DNA of 61,942 nucleotides, filler included, from Bacteriovoracaceae bacterium (GTDB lineage Bacteria; Bdellovibrionota; Bacteriovoracia; Bacteriovoracales; Bacteriovoracaceae), in the NCBI GenBank assembly GCA_018649885.1. It is 6 parts of 6 records of this genome, joined end to end, with 100 filler letters (N's around TTAATTAATTAA, not from the genome) between each part and the next. Parts side by side here need not be neighbours in the genome. Positions count along the whole stretch, not along the records: positions 6,044 to 22,924 come from JABIHA010000107.1; 5 more parts are not named here. One strand, written 5' to 3'. Position numbers and translations under genes: made by a program. Shown here piece after piece: positions 9,598 to 20,034 of this stretch; the stretch's first letter is position 1, and each line of letters starts with the position of its first letter. The notes beneath the pieces were generated by a model. That model had not been told where the DNA came from and did not search any database. It saw nothing but the letters and a program-made list of their open reading frames with translations.

Positions 9598-12500
9598 TCA
9601 AGGAATCAGCGGCACCATACAGCGAAATCCCACATCATGCCGTGAAGCAGACTTTTCATGAAAGTCTGCACTGAACCGCCCGGCATTGAAGGCACCAGCC
9701 GTAGCATCAGGAGTTGGATAGACAGAGCCGCCAGTGGTCATGTAACCGACATCACTACCAGCATTAATTTCAGTGGCATTGACATCAAAAGTGTCTTTAT
9801 GGAAAACACTTCCTGAGACACCACTTCCTATGGCCAAAGGTGTTGCCTGGTGAATCTCCATAGCAGGAAGACCAGCAGGAACAAAGAAATAAGGAACAGA
9901 AACATCAACATCATTGGAGGTATCTGTAATACTCCAATCCTCTAGCTTATTGTCACAGGCACCTCCATCAAAGCCACATGGACCATAATAATCAGTTCCC
10001 CCGTGGGTGAAGTCGTAAAACCCTGCCCCACCATCAAAGTCAAAAATTCCTCCGCCCGGATTTGTACACTCTTCATCTGCAGCACAAGCTATTTGTGTAT
10101 CACTTGCCCACTCAGAAACATTACCCACCAAATCTTGAATACCGTGCCTCGACTGACATGCTTCAGTTGCATTTGAGCCTGTAAGCACTGTTCGAATCGT
10201 TGAATCAGTTCCCATTCCTGGCAGGGTATCTATTTGTGCCTGGGCCAGATTGAGATTATCTGAATAAGATAGACCATTAGTCATAGTGCTATTGCACCTA
10301 GATATGACACTTAAGTCTCCCCCATCTTCAAGTAAATTGACCTTATTATAGTTATAGTCAATATCCCAAGCAGAAGCTGCAATTTGAATTTTTCTTGTCA
10401 TCAATTCTTTGTCATAACTACTTCCCGATCCATCAACATCATCAAGAGCATCGCAAAGGGCAAGTGCTTCATCCACACTAGTGTGAACCAGTGGAGGAAG
10501 ACCTTTTGAAGTAAAATCTTGATAAGTTGAAATCGCTGCCGGCAAGTTAGCAGCAGTGAAGGCGAGCCAATTTCCGGCACCATCATCATCAACAAAACAT
10601 TCACCGGACTTTCTATTGTAGTAAGCGGACCCAGTAAACCCTGAACCTATCCCCACAGATACATTTGGTGATAGAGTCACATCATTAGGATCACCATTGT
10701 TTATGCAACCTGCTGTAGAACAATTACCGCCAAGATTGGGAGAGGTGTAAGGACAACCAGCTTCATAGCGATCTATCCAGTGATCATACTCCACATCATA
10801 ATAATTTGAGCCGCTAGTCCACACATCACCTGGCCCTTTATATAGACAACGGTTTCCATTAGTGGGATCAGTAGTTGATTTTATTATGTCGCACATTTCT
10901 TTATTGGCAACTCGTCTGTGAAGAAGCGCCATATTTTTGGGAGGTACGTGAACTTTCACAGAGTAGTTTGGTCCTCCTGAAGTGACAAGATCTAAGCTTT
11001 CATAGCCATCAATCGCTCGCACCGAATACCAAACAGGTGTACCTGCCGCTAGCCCTGACTCTTCATATTCATAATCTCCAGCAGTGTCAGCGTCTGTTAA
11101 ATCAATAGTCTTCACCAATGTAGTGCCATCTTCTTCATCATAATCAGCGCTGCCATTTATAGTAAAAGAGTCCCAAAAAATCTCCCCTCCTGTGACGATT
11201 GTATTGTATAAACCTGGATCTTCTTCGCTTTTATAAACTTTAAAACCTGTTAGTGAGGAATCTGCATTTCCAAAACTCATCGCCCCCCACTTCAACTTCA
11301 CATTCGCTGTCTCAAGAGTATTTCCGTGAATATCCATATCGGGGCCAACAGCTTGAATCATTGAATAATCGCTGTGAACTAATTGATGGTCTCGAATGGT
11401 TATTGTAGCGATGGCCGTTGCGGACAATGGAGCATTTTCCTCTGGAGAAGCTTCACTATAGTCATCAGCATAAATGATTAAACTGACATCTCCCGTCTGC
11501 CCTTCAATGGTGGCGACATCTACATTGACGGTATAACTATATTCATCAGTATCAGTTACGTTAATAGGTACCCCGCCATACCTCTCATCATCCCAATAGC
11601 CGCCCGCTCCATCCTCTATGTAGTAGTGAATATTTTCATCAGGCAAGATGCTGGGGTCTGAGCTAACAATCGTAATATCAATACTGTCATCACTCTCTGT
11701 GGCCCCTCCTCCTTTTTCTACAGTAAAATCAAAGGATCTAAAGGAGTTTTCATTTGTTGTAATATTTGGAGTTACATTAACAATTGGAACATCATTAACA
11801 TCAACAATTTGAATATCGACCTCTGCATAGGCAACTGGCACTGTTTCATAATCATCGTCCGCGTCAACATAGTCGGATACTTTAATTTCTATATAGCAAT
11901 CGACTCCTTCCAAAGCCCCAGCATCGCCTATTCCAGTGGTATTAATATTAGCTGCTGGAGTAAAGTACATTGTAATATTTTGTGAGTCCCCACTACTAGC
12001 TCCATCACCTACAGACATCCATTCACCATCAGGGTGTCCTAAAAGTGTCGTTCCCCAATAAATATCAATTTCATCTGCTGTAACCACTGGCTCCTCTAAA
12101 TGATTTACGCAGGTGGAATCATCAAGTAATACATTAATATACAAGCTATCAGAGTCAGAAGTATTCCCCTCATCAATTTGAAACTCAAGCTTCATTTCAG
12201 TTGGTTCATCTTCATTCCAATAATAATCTGGGCTGTCCTCGTGATCTAAATTTATAATTTGGGCATATTCATCTGGAGTAATCTGAGCAAGAGCAATATT
12301 GTAGGTTAGAGAAACCGTATTAGTCCCATCACTCAAAACCAGATCAATATCCGCAGTCCCATAAGGTGTCGCCTCAGGTGTGATCATAAGATTAATGCCA
12401 CCACTTACAGCTGAAGCATCGATGGGAGAGGTTGGACAATTCACCCCCACCACTTCAAGAGAAATAGGTGTGGCCACATTTCCTGAAAAATTTTGAGGAG

Positions 12501-13545
12501 TCCCATCAAAGCAATCAAAATCTACATAAATTTTCGTGGGATCAATCAGGTTTGTATTTGAAGAAGCAAAATAAAGAGTTAAGTTTTGGGAATCTTCGTC
12601 ACTAGCTCCCCCCTCATCAACCACAACATTTATTGTGGGTATCGGGGTTCCTTCAACAATGCTAACAGAAGATGGGTCGGGAGTTGTAAAAAAGGGAACA
12701 TCATTAACTATGGACAAATTAATATCAACTGTTGAGTCGGTAACACTGCCAGCTGTGTCCGTAAGGGTTAGTGTTATTGTGGTAGGAGTACCATAAACTT
12801 CCGCTTTAGGTACCAGTTGAACAACTAGAGGATAGCTATCTCCCGAAGCAGTTGAATCCCCCACCCCTATTGTAGAGCCACCGTTTCCAAGAGTCGATCC
12901 TCCCCATGAAATTGTAATATCACTATCTGCTACAACTGCGGTATTACTCGAAGATACATTGACATTCAGGCCATCAGAGTCTTCATCACTCCCCCCACCT
13001 TCATCAATGGTGTAATAAATTGTGATGGTGGTATCTTCATCAGTGTAGACATCATTGGGTACAGAAACAATCAATGGAGGATCTTCCACGGCAGTTCCCA
13101 CCAAAGAGATAGTGGTAGTACTTAAACTAAAATCTTGCCCGTCATAAAGTTTATAGGTGAATGTATCTGTTCCAGAAAAATCTGAATTGGGTTCAAAGCG
13201 ACACGACAAGTCCGTATAGCCAGAAGAACCCACAAGACCTAAACACTCTTTAAGAGTCCCACCAGAGGGAGCCGTATCCAAGTAATATTCAATTAAATCA
13301 CCATCAGAGTCTGTACCGGTAGATAAGCTGAAAAAAACTGCGGCATCACCTTCAGTGAAAGTAACCGTTGATGGTGGAGCAGGTGCTACAGGTCTGTGGT
13401 TTCCCACCACGCCCACATCTTCGATACACGCTCTTTCATTTGAAGAATAGGTTTGATCCCCAGTACACACTGTGGCCGTTTTTTGATCGCTCATACAACC
13501 GGTCAAAAAAACCAAAAAAAGAATTAGCATCCATGTCTTTTTCAA
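9598..13545 (-). CDS. Large acidic surface lipoprotein/adhesin with Ig/cadherin-like repeats and C-terminal FGE-sulfatase (C-type lectin fold)-like domain
   Basis: Lipobox LTGC; repeated P...I.E......DEG..D...L....SS.....I units; C-terminal GIQDLVGNVSEW and DVGFRC. Confidence 0.8.
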   Translation of the reverse strand: MKKTWMLILFLVFLTGCMSDQKTATVCTGDQTYSSNERACIEDVGVVGNHRPVAPAPPSTVTFTEGDAAVFFSLSTGTDSDGDLIEYYLDTAPSGGTLKECLGLVGSSGYTDLSCRFEPNSDFSGTDTFTYKLYDGQDFSLSTTTISLVGTAVEDPPLIVSVPNDVYTDEDTTITIYYTIDEGGGSDEDSDGLNVNVSSSNTAVVADSDITISWGGSTLGNGGSTIGVGDSTASGDSYPLVVQLVPKAEVYGTPTTITLTLTDTAGSVTDSTVDINLSIVNDVPFFTTPDPSSVSIVEGTPIPTINVVVDEGGASDEDSQNLTLYFASSNTNLIDPTKIYVDFDCFDGTPQNFSGNVATPISLEVVGVNCPTSPIDASAVSGGINLMITPEATPYGTADIDLVLSDGTNTVSLTYNIALAQITPDEYAQIINLDHEDSPDYYWNEDEPTEMKLEFQIDEGNTSDSDSLYINVLLDDSTCVNHLEEPVVTADEIDIYWGTTLLGHPDGEWMSVGDGASSGDSQNITMYFTPAANINTTGIGDAGALEGVDCYIEIKVSDYVDADDDYETVPVAYAEVDIQIVDVNDVPIVNVTPNITTNENSFRSFDFTVEKGGGATESDDSIDITIVSSDPSILPDENIHYYIEDGAGGYWDDERYGGVPINVTDTDEYSYTVNVDVATIEGQTGDVSLIIYADDYSEASPEENAPLSATAIATITIRDHQLVHSDYSMIQAVGPDMDIHGNTLETANVKLKWGAMSFGNADSSLTGFKVYKSEEDPGLYNTIVTGGEIFWDSFTINGSADYDEEDGTTLVKTIDLTDADTAGDYEYEESGLAAGTPVWYSVRAIDGYESLDLVTSGGPNYSVKVHVPPKNMALLHRRVANKEMCDIIKSTTDPTNGNRCLYKGPGDVWTSGSNYYDVEYDHWIDRYEAGCPYTSPNLGGNCSTAGCINNGDPNDVTLSPNVSVGIGSGFTGSAYYNRKSGECFVDDDGAGNWLAFTAANLPAAISTYQDFTSKGLPPLVHTSVDEALALCDALDDVDGSGSSYDKELMTRKIQIAASAWDIDYNYNKVNLLEDGGDLSVISRCNSTMTNGLSYSDNLNLAQAQIDTLPGMGTDSTIRTVLTGSNATEACQSRHGIQDLVGNVSEWASDTQIACAADEECTNPGGGIFDFDGGAGFYDFTHGGTDYYGPCGFDGGACDNKLEDWSITDTSNDVDVSVPYFFVPAGLPAMEIHQATPLAIGSGVSGSVFHKDTFDVNATEINAGSDVGYMTTGGSVYPTPDATAGAFNAGRFSADFHEKSASRHDVGFRCMVPLIP

Positions 13546-13710
13546 TTAGTGTCCTCTTCTACACTCAACTGGTTGTTTTTCGGTTAAAAACAAAACCTAA
13601 TTAAATGAGTAGGACTTGTAATCGAAACAAGAGGAAGCACCTGGAGCTAAACCATTGAAAATGGAATAATCAGTAGAGCAAAATTCGCCGTTCAAAACAG
13701 CATTTCCGAT

Positions 13711-14193
13711 CTAACTACTTGGGTTTGACCTATTTTCGAGCAGCTTTTTGTGGTCAATATCAATATTGTGATCTTTGAGATACATATCTAGCGCGGCCTT
13801 AAGGCAGTCGTGTCTACTGACAACTCCCACAAGCTGACCACCCTCCCCGATAACCGGAAGATGCCTAAGATTCAATTCTTCAAAAATTTCTTCGCACTCA
13901 AAAATAGTTTTAGAACTATCAATGACCACAGTATGGGTCTTCATAATTTTTTCAACTTTACTCTGCACAACATCTTCATAGAAGCTATTAAAACTCAAAA
14001 ATTTAAGAAGATCTCGTTCAGTGACAAAGCCAAGTAATTTGAGTTGATGGTCTTTTTTCTCAATCACTGGAGCATTGGAGACATGATTCTTTGTCAACAC
14101 ATCGATTGCCTCCAAGATACCAAGGTCTGTGGTTACGTAGACAAAGTTTTTAGACATAAACTCACTAACTTTAGGGACATTTTCCATTCTCAC
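13711..14193 (-). CDS. CBS-pair domain protein
   Basis: Two CBS motifs (V.EFMS...APV...LLGFVTERD; IM...RHLPV...LVGVVSRHD). Confidence 0.9.
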   Translation of the reverse strand: MRMENVPKVSEFMSKNFVYVTTDLGILEAIDVLTKNHVSNAPVIEKKDHQLKLLGFVTERDLLKFLSFNSFYEDVVQSKVEKIMKTHTVVIDSSKTIFECEEIFEELNLRHLPVIGEGGQLVGVVSRHDCLKAALDMYLKDHNIDIDHKKLLENRSNPSS

Positions 14194-14235
14194 CTCCAGG
14201 TAGCATCATGTTATATGAAATATGCTCTATTCCCA

Positions 14236-14247
14236 TGATTTATATCA
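14236..14247. promoter_or_regulatory. FNR/Crp-like palindromic box between the divergent CBS and ftsH genes
   Basis: TGAT-TTAT-ATCA. Confidence 0.45.
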
Positions 14248-14345
14248 CAATCCCCCTTGAGCTTCTAAGCACTTTTTCATAGGATGTTGTGATACTCACG
14301 TGAGTAAATATAACTGAGCATTGACGCCTTGAAAACAAAGAGAGA

Positions 14346-16190
14346 GTGATGAAATTACCCAGGCCCCAAATGAATCCCCAAAGCCCTGGCAACAAGCCTC
14401 TTAGCTACGGAATCATCACTTTGATCATTATTTTCTATATGCTCAACATCTTTCAGATGGTGCAGCAATCAGAGGAGATCCCCTACTCAGAGTTTCTTCA
14501 ACTTTTAAGTGACCACAGAGTTGAACAAGTTTGGATTGAAGATCACAAAATCAAAGGCCAATTAGGCGAGAGTGATGACAAAGAAATTAAAGGCTTCTCC
14601 ACCAACTTAGTTGATCCCAATCTCTCTAAACTTCTAGCAGAACACGGAGTTAAGTTTCAAAAGAAAATCGAAAATACATTTTTTAGAGATATTGCTTCAT
14701 GGCTCATTCCCTTCGGCCTATTTTTTGGATTTTGGTTTTATATGTCAAAGAAACTTTATTCAAAATCAGCGGGTGGTGGTTTTATGTCCATTGGGAAAAG
14801 TAAGGCAAAAATATTTGTTCAAACTGATATCCAAACGACTTTTGATGATGTGGCAGGAGTTGATGAGGCCAAAGAAGAAATTTTAGAGGTAGTGAATTTT
14901 CTAAAAGATACGGAGAAATACGAACGTCTTGGTGGAAAACTTCCCAAAGGTATTTTACTAGTAGGACCTCCAGGTACAGGAAAAACCCTTCTTGCGAGAG
15001 CAACTGCAGGAGAGGCCAAAGTTCCTTTCTTCTCTATTTCTGGCTCAGAGTTTGTGGAGATGTTTGTGGGAGTGGGAGCTGCTAGAGTCAGAGACCTATT
15101 CGAACAGGCCCGTGCCAAGGCACCTTGTATTATCTTTATCGATGAGCTCGACTCCCTTGGCAGATCGAGGATGGCAAATCCAATGGGCTCAAACGACGAA
15201 AAAGAGCAAACCCTCAACCAATTACTGGCAGAATTAGATGGCTTTGATTCATCTTCAGGCATAGTCTTATTGGCCGCAACCAACAGACCTGAAATACTCG
15301 ACCCTGCCCTTCTAAGATCCGGAAGATTTGATCGCCAAATTTTAGTGGATAGACCTGATAAAAAAGGACGAGTGGATATTTTAAAAGTCCATGTCAAAAA
15401 TGTTAAAATTGACCCAAATTTTGATCTAAACTCGCTTGCAATGCTTACTACAGGCTTTACTGGAGCTGATTTGGCAAATTTAGTCAATGAAGCCGCAATT
15501 ATGGCCACCAGAAGAAAGGCAGAGTCTGTCACTACTGAAGACTTTACCATGGCACTGGAAAGAATTATTGCTGGAGCTGAGAAGAAAAATCGAATCCTCT
15601 CTCTAGATGAAAGATCGATTATAGCTCATCATGAAATGGGCCACGCCCTTATGTCATCCGCCCTTTGTAAAGCGGAGAAAGTTCACAAGGTCTCCATCAT
15701 CCCCAGAGGAATTGGAGCTCTTGGTTACACAATCCAAACCCCAACTGAAGAACGCTTTTTGATGACGAAAAAGGAACTTGAAAATAAAATGAGTGTTCTC
15801 TACGGAGGAAGGGCCGCTGAGGAAATTATCTTTAATTCAATTTCCACAGGGGCGTCTGATGATATAGCCAAGGCCTCCAATATTGCCCACTCCATTGTCT
15901 TGAACTATGGCATGGATGAGAGCTTAAAAAATCTATCCCTTGAGCAACCCAATCAAAGCTTTCTAGGTGGACCTGGCCAAAACCCATACAATCGTGCCAC
16001 TTACAGTGAGCATACTGCTAGGCTTATAGATGATGCTGTTCAATCACTTACCGATGATTGCTATGAAAATGCTAAGAACATCCTAAATAAAAATAGGGCC
16101 CTGCTTGAAAAAAGTGCAAAAAAACTTCTACAACAAGAAACTCTTGTAGAAGCCGAACTAGCTGAATTTTTCAATGAAATTGTCACCTAG
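14346..16190 (+). CDS. ftsH: ATP-dependent zinc metalloprotease FtsH
   Basis: Two TM segments, GPPGTGKT, FIDELD, ATNRPEILDPALLRSGRFDR, HEMGH zinc motif. Confidence 0.96.
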   Translation: MMKLPRPQMNPQSPGNKPLSYGIITLIIIFYMLNIFQMVQQSEEIPYSEFLQLLSDHRVEQVWIEDHKIKGQLGESDDKEIKGFSTNLVDPNLSKLLAEHGVKFQKKIENTFFRDIASWLIPFGLFFGFWFYMSKKLYSKSAGGGFMSIGKSKAKIFVQTDIQTTFDDVAGVDEAKEEILEVVNFLKDTEKYERLGGKLPKGILLVGPPGTGKTLLARATAGEAKVPFFSISGSEFVEMFVGVGAARVRDLFEQARAKAPCIIFIDELDSLGRSRMANPMGSNDEKEQTLNQLLAELDGFDSSSGIVLLAATNRPEILDPALLRSGRFDRQILVDRPDKKGRVDILKVHVKNVKIDPNFDLNSLAMLTTGFTGADLANLVNEAAIMATRRKAESVTTEDFTMALERIIAGAEKKNRILSLDERSIIAHHEMGHALMSSALCKAEKVHKVSIIPRGIGALGYTIQTPTEERFLMTKKELENKMSVLYGGRAAEEIIFNSISTGASDDIAKASNIAHSIVLNYGMDESLKNLSLEQPNQSFLGGPGQNPYNRATYSEHTARLIDDAVQSLTDDCYENAKNILNKNRALLEKSAKKLLQQETLVEAELAEFFNEIVT

Positions 16191-16208
16191 TACTCCATCC
16201 ATTAAGTA

Positions 16209-16931
16209 CTAGAGATTTTTAGTCTGCTCTTTTGCAATTTTCACTACTTTTTCAGGATCATCTGTTAGAAAAAGAAAACCTCCATCTTCATTGGAAATAT
16301 AACCTGTATCCACCATTACCTTTTTAATCCAATCAATCATTCCCTTCCAGTGATCAACACCAAAGAGCACTATAGGGGCCATTTCAATTTTTTTGGTTTG
16401 CATAAGTGTTGCAATAGTAAAAAGCTCATCGAGAGTTCCAAATCCACCTGGAAAAAAAACAAAGGCCTGCGAATATCTAACAAACATTAATTTTCGAATA
16501 AAAAAGTAGCGAAATTCAAGACCAATATCTTGATAGTCATTTGCCTTTTGTTCATGGGGAAGTTCAATATTAAGCCCTACAGAGTGGGCCAGTTGCCCTT
16601 TGGCCCCTTTATTTGCAGCTTCCATAACACCACCACCACCACCAGTGATAACTGAAATTCGCTCTTTTGATAAGAGCTTTCCCGTTTTTACTGCAAGATC
16701 ATAATAAGGGTTAGATGGATCCATCCTAGCAGATCCAAAGATAGAGATGGCCCCTCCTAGGTTTCGAAGGTTTTCAAAACCATCTACGATTTCTGCTTGA
16801 ATCCTTTGAACTCTCCAGGCATCTTCAGAAATAGTCATATATTCAGGCTTGGACTCGAGAAGATTTCTCTCACACTGTCCGGCCTTCCTTAAGACATTTT
16901 TCTTTTCTTTCATCATACGTCCCAATCCCAT
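16209..16931 (-). CDS. LOG-family Rossmann-fold protein (TIGR00730-type)
   Basis: IFGSAR, TGGGGGVMEAAN, FRYFFIRK, PGGFGTLDE. Confidence 0.92.
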   Translation of the reverse strand: MGLGRMMKEKKNVLRKAGQCERNLLESKPEYMTISEDAWRVQRIQAEIVDGFENLRNLGGAISIFGSARMDPSNPYYDLAVKTGKLLSKERISVITGGGGGVMEAANKGAKGQLAHSVGLNIELPHEQKANDYQDIGLEFRYFFIRKLMFVRYSQAFVFFPGGFGTLDELFTIATLMQTKKIEMAPIVLFGVDHWKGMIDWIKKVMVDTGYISNEDGGFLFLTDDPEKVVKIAKEQTKNL

Positions 16932-18316
16932 TTTACAGTGTCAATCTCTTCACCATGCTTAACAATGTGAACTTTAACTCCAAACTTTCCTTCCAAAATA
17001 TTTTTGAAATGAGTACTGGCATGGAGTTCGCCATGATTTAAAAATATACATTTGGGGAGAACCTGGAAGTGTTCTAACCAATTTATCATGTCCATGTAAT
17101 CACCGTGTGCACTAAGGCCTTCAATAGTAAAAATACTGGCATGGACCTCAATCTCTTCATGGTGAATTCGTATAGTCTTGGCCCCATCTTGCAGCCTTCT
17201 CCCTTTAGTATTTTCCACCATGTATCCTACAAAAATCACCCCATTTTCTTTACCCGGCAGCCTCTTTTTCAGATGGTGGAGAACCCTTCCTCCGGTCAAC
17301 ATACCTGCAGCAGACAAGACAATGAAAGGTCCGTCTCTTTGAATGAGCTCCTTGGATGCTTGTGTTGAATTAATCTCATGATATTTGGTAGGACAAAGAG
17401 GTCCTTTCAATTCATCTTCTCCAATGGAGAGCTTATGCTCCTCTTGATGATCATAGAAAACTCTATTAGCACTATTGGCCATGGGAGAATCCACATAGAC
17501 TGGAGTTATAGGTATAATTTTATCTTCTTGCAGTTTTTTAATGTAATAAAGAACCTCTTGTGCTCTACCCACTGTAAATGTGGGAATGACCACAACGCCT
17601 TGCTTTGCGATAATATTATTAATAAAAAGACCTAAGAGCTCGCAAGGATCATTCTTTGGTTGAAGCCTATCACCATAGGTCGACTCAAGAACTAAAAAAT
17701 CACTCTCTTTTAAATAAGCAGGTCCTTTAATTGTTTGTTGCCTATTGTTTCCAATATCTCCCGTAAATGTAATTTTTTTAAATCCGCCATTTCCTTCAAC
17801 AGAGTAGTTAATCTCCACAAAACTTGAACCTAAAATATGTCCAGCTCTTGTCAATCTAATAGATATATCAGGTGTGATTTCATGCCATTCATCCATTTTG
17901 ATAGGTTTAAAAAGCTGTAAGCTGGCAAGCGCATCTTCTTTAGTATAGAGAGGGAGTGCAGGGTTGTGAGAAGAGTGCTTGGTTTCATTGGCATAGCGTG
18001 CATCTTCTTCTTGTATATGAGCAGCATCTAAAAGCATAATTTGGCACAAATCAAAAGTGGCCTGCGAACAATAAATCGGCCCTTTGTATCCAAGCTTAAC
18101 TACCCGAGGAAGCATTCCTGAATGATCAATATGAGCGTGGGTTAAAAAGATTCCATCCAGACGTTTAACATCAAAGTTACTATCCCAATTGAGATCTCTT
18201 TTTTTATCTGATCCTTGGAATAACCCGCAGTCCACAAGATAGTGTTGCCCTCTGTGAGTAATGAGAGTTCTACTTCCTGTAACGGTCTCTGCCGCACCTA
18301 AAAATTTTAATTTCAA
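16913..18316 (-). CDS. MBL-fold beta-CASP ribonuclease
   Basis: GAAETVTGS, DCGLFQG, THAHIDHSG, AGHILGS, ESTYGDR, SAHGD, HGE. Confidence 0.93.
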   Translation of the reverse strand: MKLKFLGAAETVTGSRTLITHRGQHYLVDCGLFQGSDKKRDLNWDSNFDVKRLDGIFLTHAHIDHSGMLPRVVKLGYKGPIYCSQATFDLCQIMLLDAAHIQEEDARYANETKHSSHNPALPLYTKEDALASLQLFKPIKMDEWHEITPDISIRLTRAGHILGSSFVEINYSVEGNGGFKKITFTGDIGNNRQQTIKGPAYLKESDFLVLESTYGDRLQPKNDPCELLGLFINNIIAKQGVVVIPTFTVGRAQEVLYYIKKLQEDKIIPITPVYVDSPMANSANRVFYDHQEEHKLSIGEDELKGPLCPTKYHEINSTQASKELIQRDGPFIVLSAAGMLTGGRVLHHLKKRLPGKENGVIFVGYMVENTKGRRLQDGAKTIRIHHEEIEVHASIFTIEGLSAHGDYMDMINWLEHFQVLPKCIFLNHGELHASTHFKNILEGKFGVKVHIVKHGEEIDTVKWDWDV

Positions 18317-18347
18317 CTTTTTAGCCTTTGGTTAATGCAAAGCCATT

Positions 18348-19082
18348 CTAACAAGAAATCAAATAATCGACGAATTTTTTTACTAAAAGATTTGATTCAG
18401 GAGTATCAACAAGCGAGTCAATAATTTGATTGAAATGATCAAGGTCATCGGTGTACTTACTTTTGTAAACACCAAGCCTTTGAGTCAACTTCTCACGAGT
18501 CAACTCTGGATGAAATTGAAAGGCCCAAAAAGGTTTACCAATAACCCTAAAGGAGTGTAGACAAGAATTCGTATAGGCCAAAAGCTGGCAATTCTCAGGC
18601 AGAACTAAGGCCTTTTCTTTATGAACAGAAACTGCCATAAAAGGAGTGTGCATATCACAGTAGAGAGGATCACTACTGCAATCACTTGTGAGCTCAATGA
18701 GAAGTGTTCCTATTTCATAATCTAGCTCATCTTTTAAAATCTCACCACCAAAGGCCAAGACCGCCACTTGAAAACCAAAGCAAGAGGCAAAGACTGGAAT
18801 ATTTTTTTCAACACAGTAATTGAGAAGCTTCTTACAAGGTCCAACAAAAGTATATATATCTTCTTCAGAAACAGAGGCCTCACTTGCCCCTCCCACAATC
18901 AGCGCATCAAAACCATCGACAATATTGACATCAAATTCAGGCTTATCAAAAACGTTGTGAATAATTATTTGTGAGGGCGCAAGAGTAGATTGAGTGAGAA
19001 AGCTTTGATACTCCTCTTGTCTAACTACTTCATCATCTCTGATTTGTAGTAAAAGTATTTTTAATTCCCTTTTCTCTTTCAA
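18348..19082 (-). CDS. Class I glutamine amidotransferase-like protein
   Basis: SCFGFQ nucleophile elbow and QFHPE. Confidence 0.88.
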   Translation of the reverse strand: MKEKRELKILLLQIRDDEVVRQEEYQSFLTQSTLAPSQIIIHNVFDKPEFDVNIVDGFDALIVGGASEASVSEEDIYTFVGPCKKLLNYCVEKNIPVFASCFGFQVAVLAFGGEILKDELDYEIGTLLIELTSDCSSDPLYCDMHTPFMAVSVHKEKALVLPENCQLLAYTNSCLHSFRVIGKPFWAFQFHPELTREKLTQRLGVYKSKYTDDLDHFNQIIDSLVDTPESNLLVKKFVDYLISC

Positions 19083-19086
19083 GCTG

Positions 19087-20034
19087 CTATTTCCTTTTTG
19101 CTTTCACACAAATTCTCTGTGGTGCTGGATGTCCCTCGATAGTTTTGGTGGAATCCGTCTGATCCAAAAAATCATCCAATGAAACTCCTCCACTCCATTT
19201 TGTCACTCTTTGCTCACTAGTTGTAGTGGGAACACTACTAATAAGTTCAATATCAACAAATTTCATTCTAGTCAGCCAAGACTTCAAACATTCAAAAGTG
19301 GGAACAAACCAAACATTTCTCATTTGAGCATAACGTCCTTCAGGAAAAAGCGCCACACTCTCGTCTCCAGGAATACCTATAGTCTCTAGCACCAAAGTCC
19401 CACCCGGTCTAAGAGCACGTCTCATATCATCAAGTTGCTTCATAGGATTTTTGTGATGATAAATAATCCCCATACTAAATATCACATCAAAATACTCACT
19501 AAAGGCCTCAACCTGATCCACTCCAAACAGTTCATACTTTAACCTTGGGTCATCTGCGAAATGATGAGTAAATAAAAACTGAATATAAGTTCTGATGACC
19601 GGGTCAATGCCGAGAACTAGCTTGGGATCATGCTCAAGCATCCTGTACATAAAATAGCCATTATTACAGCCTATATCTAAAATCACTTTATCAAAAAGAC
19701 TCGGCAAATGAGGAACAAGTCGATCCCACTTGTGATCACTCCTCCATTCAGCATCAATTTCCATCCCAAAAAAATCAAACGGCCCCTTTCTCCAGGGCAT
19801 TAATTTCTCCGCCACTTCTTTAATTTTTTCCCTTTCAACTTTTGAAGTAGTTCCTAAAAGCTCCACAACACTCCCGGGACCAGAAAGCAAGGCATCTTTA
19901 ATTTGAGGAAGTTCTTTTAGCGATTCAAATAGATCTGTATTTACTGGGAGTGCCAGCTCAATATCTTTATTCACCAATGAGTTTTTCAAAAACTCGGTAT
20001 CAACAAGACCTTGAAACTCTCTCAAATAATCCAT
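19087..20034 (-). CDS. cmoB: tRNA U34 carboxymethyltransferase CmoB
   Basis: PWRKGPF, IDAEWRSDHKW, LDIGCNNGY, YAQMRNVWF, TIEGHPAP; adjacent to cmoA. Confidence 0.95.
   Translation of the reverse strand: MDYLREFQGLVDTEFLKNSLVNKDIELALPVNTDLFESLKELPQIKDALLSGPGSVVELLGTTSKVEREKIKEVAEKLMPWRKGPFDFFGMEIDAEWRSDHKWDRLVPHLPSLFDKVILDIGCNNGYFMYRMLEHDPKLVLGIDPVIRTYIQFLFTHHFADDPRLKYELFGVDQVEAFSEYFDVIFSMGIIYHHKNPMKQLDDMRRALRPGGTLVLETIGIPGDESVALFPEGRYAQMRNVWFVPTFECLKSWLTRMKFVDIELISSVPTTTSEQRVTKWSGGVSLDDFLDQTDSTKTIEGHPAPQRICVKAKRK

Noticed and set aside
9598..10200. CLec/FGE domain as a diversity-generating retroelement target
   Set aside because: No reverse transcriptase or template repeat is visible in the window.
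14819..15550. 243-aa antisense ORF and other shadow ORFs (for example 381-824, 1416-1727, 26895-27227)
   Set aside because: They lie opposite well-supported genes and have no motifs of their own.
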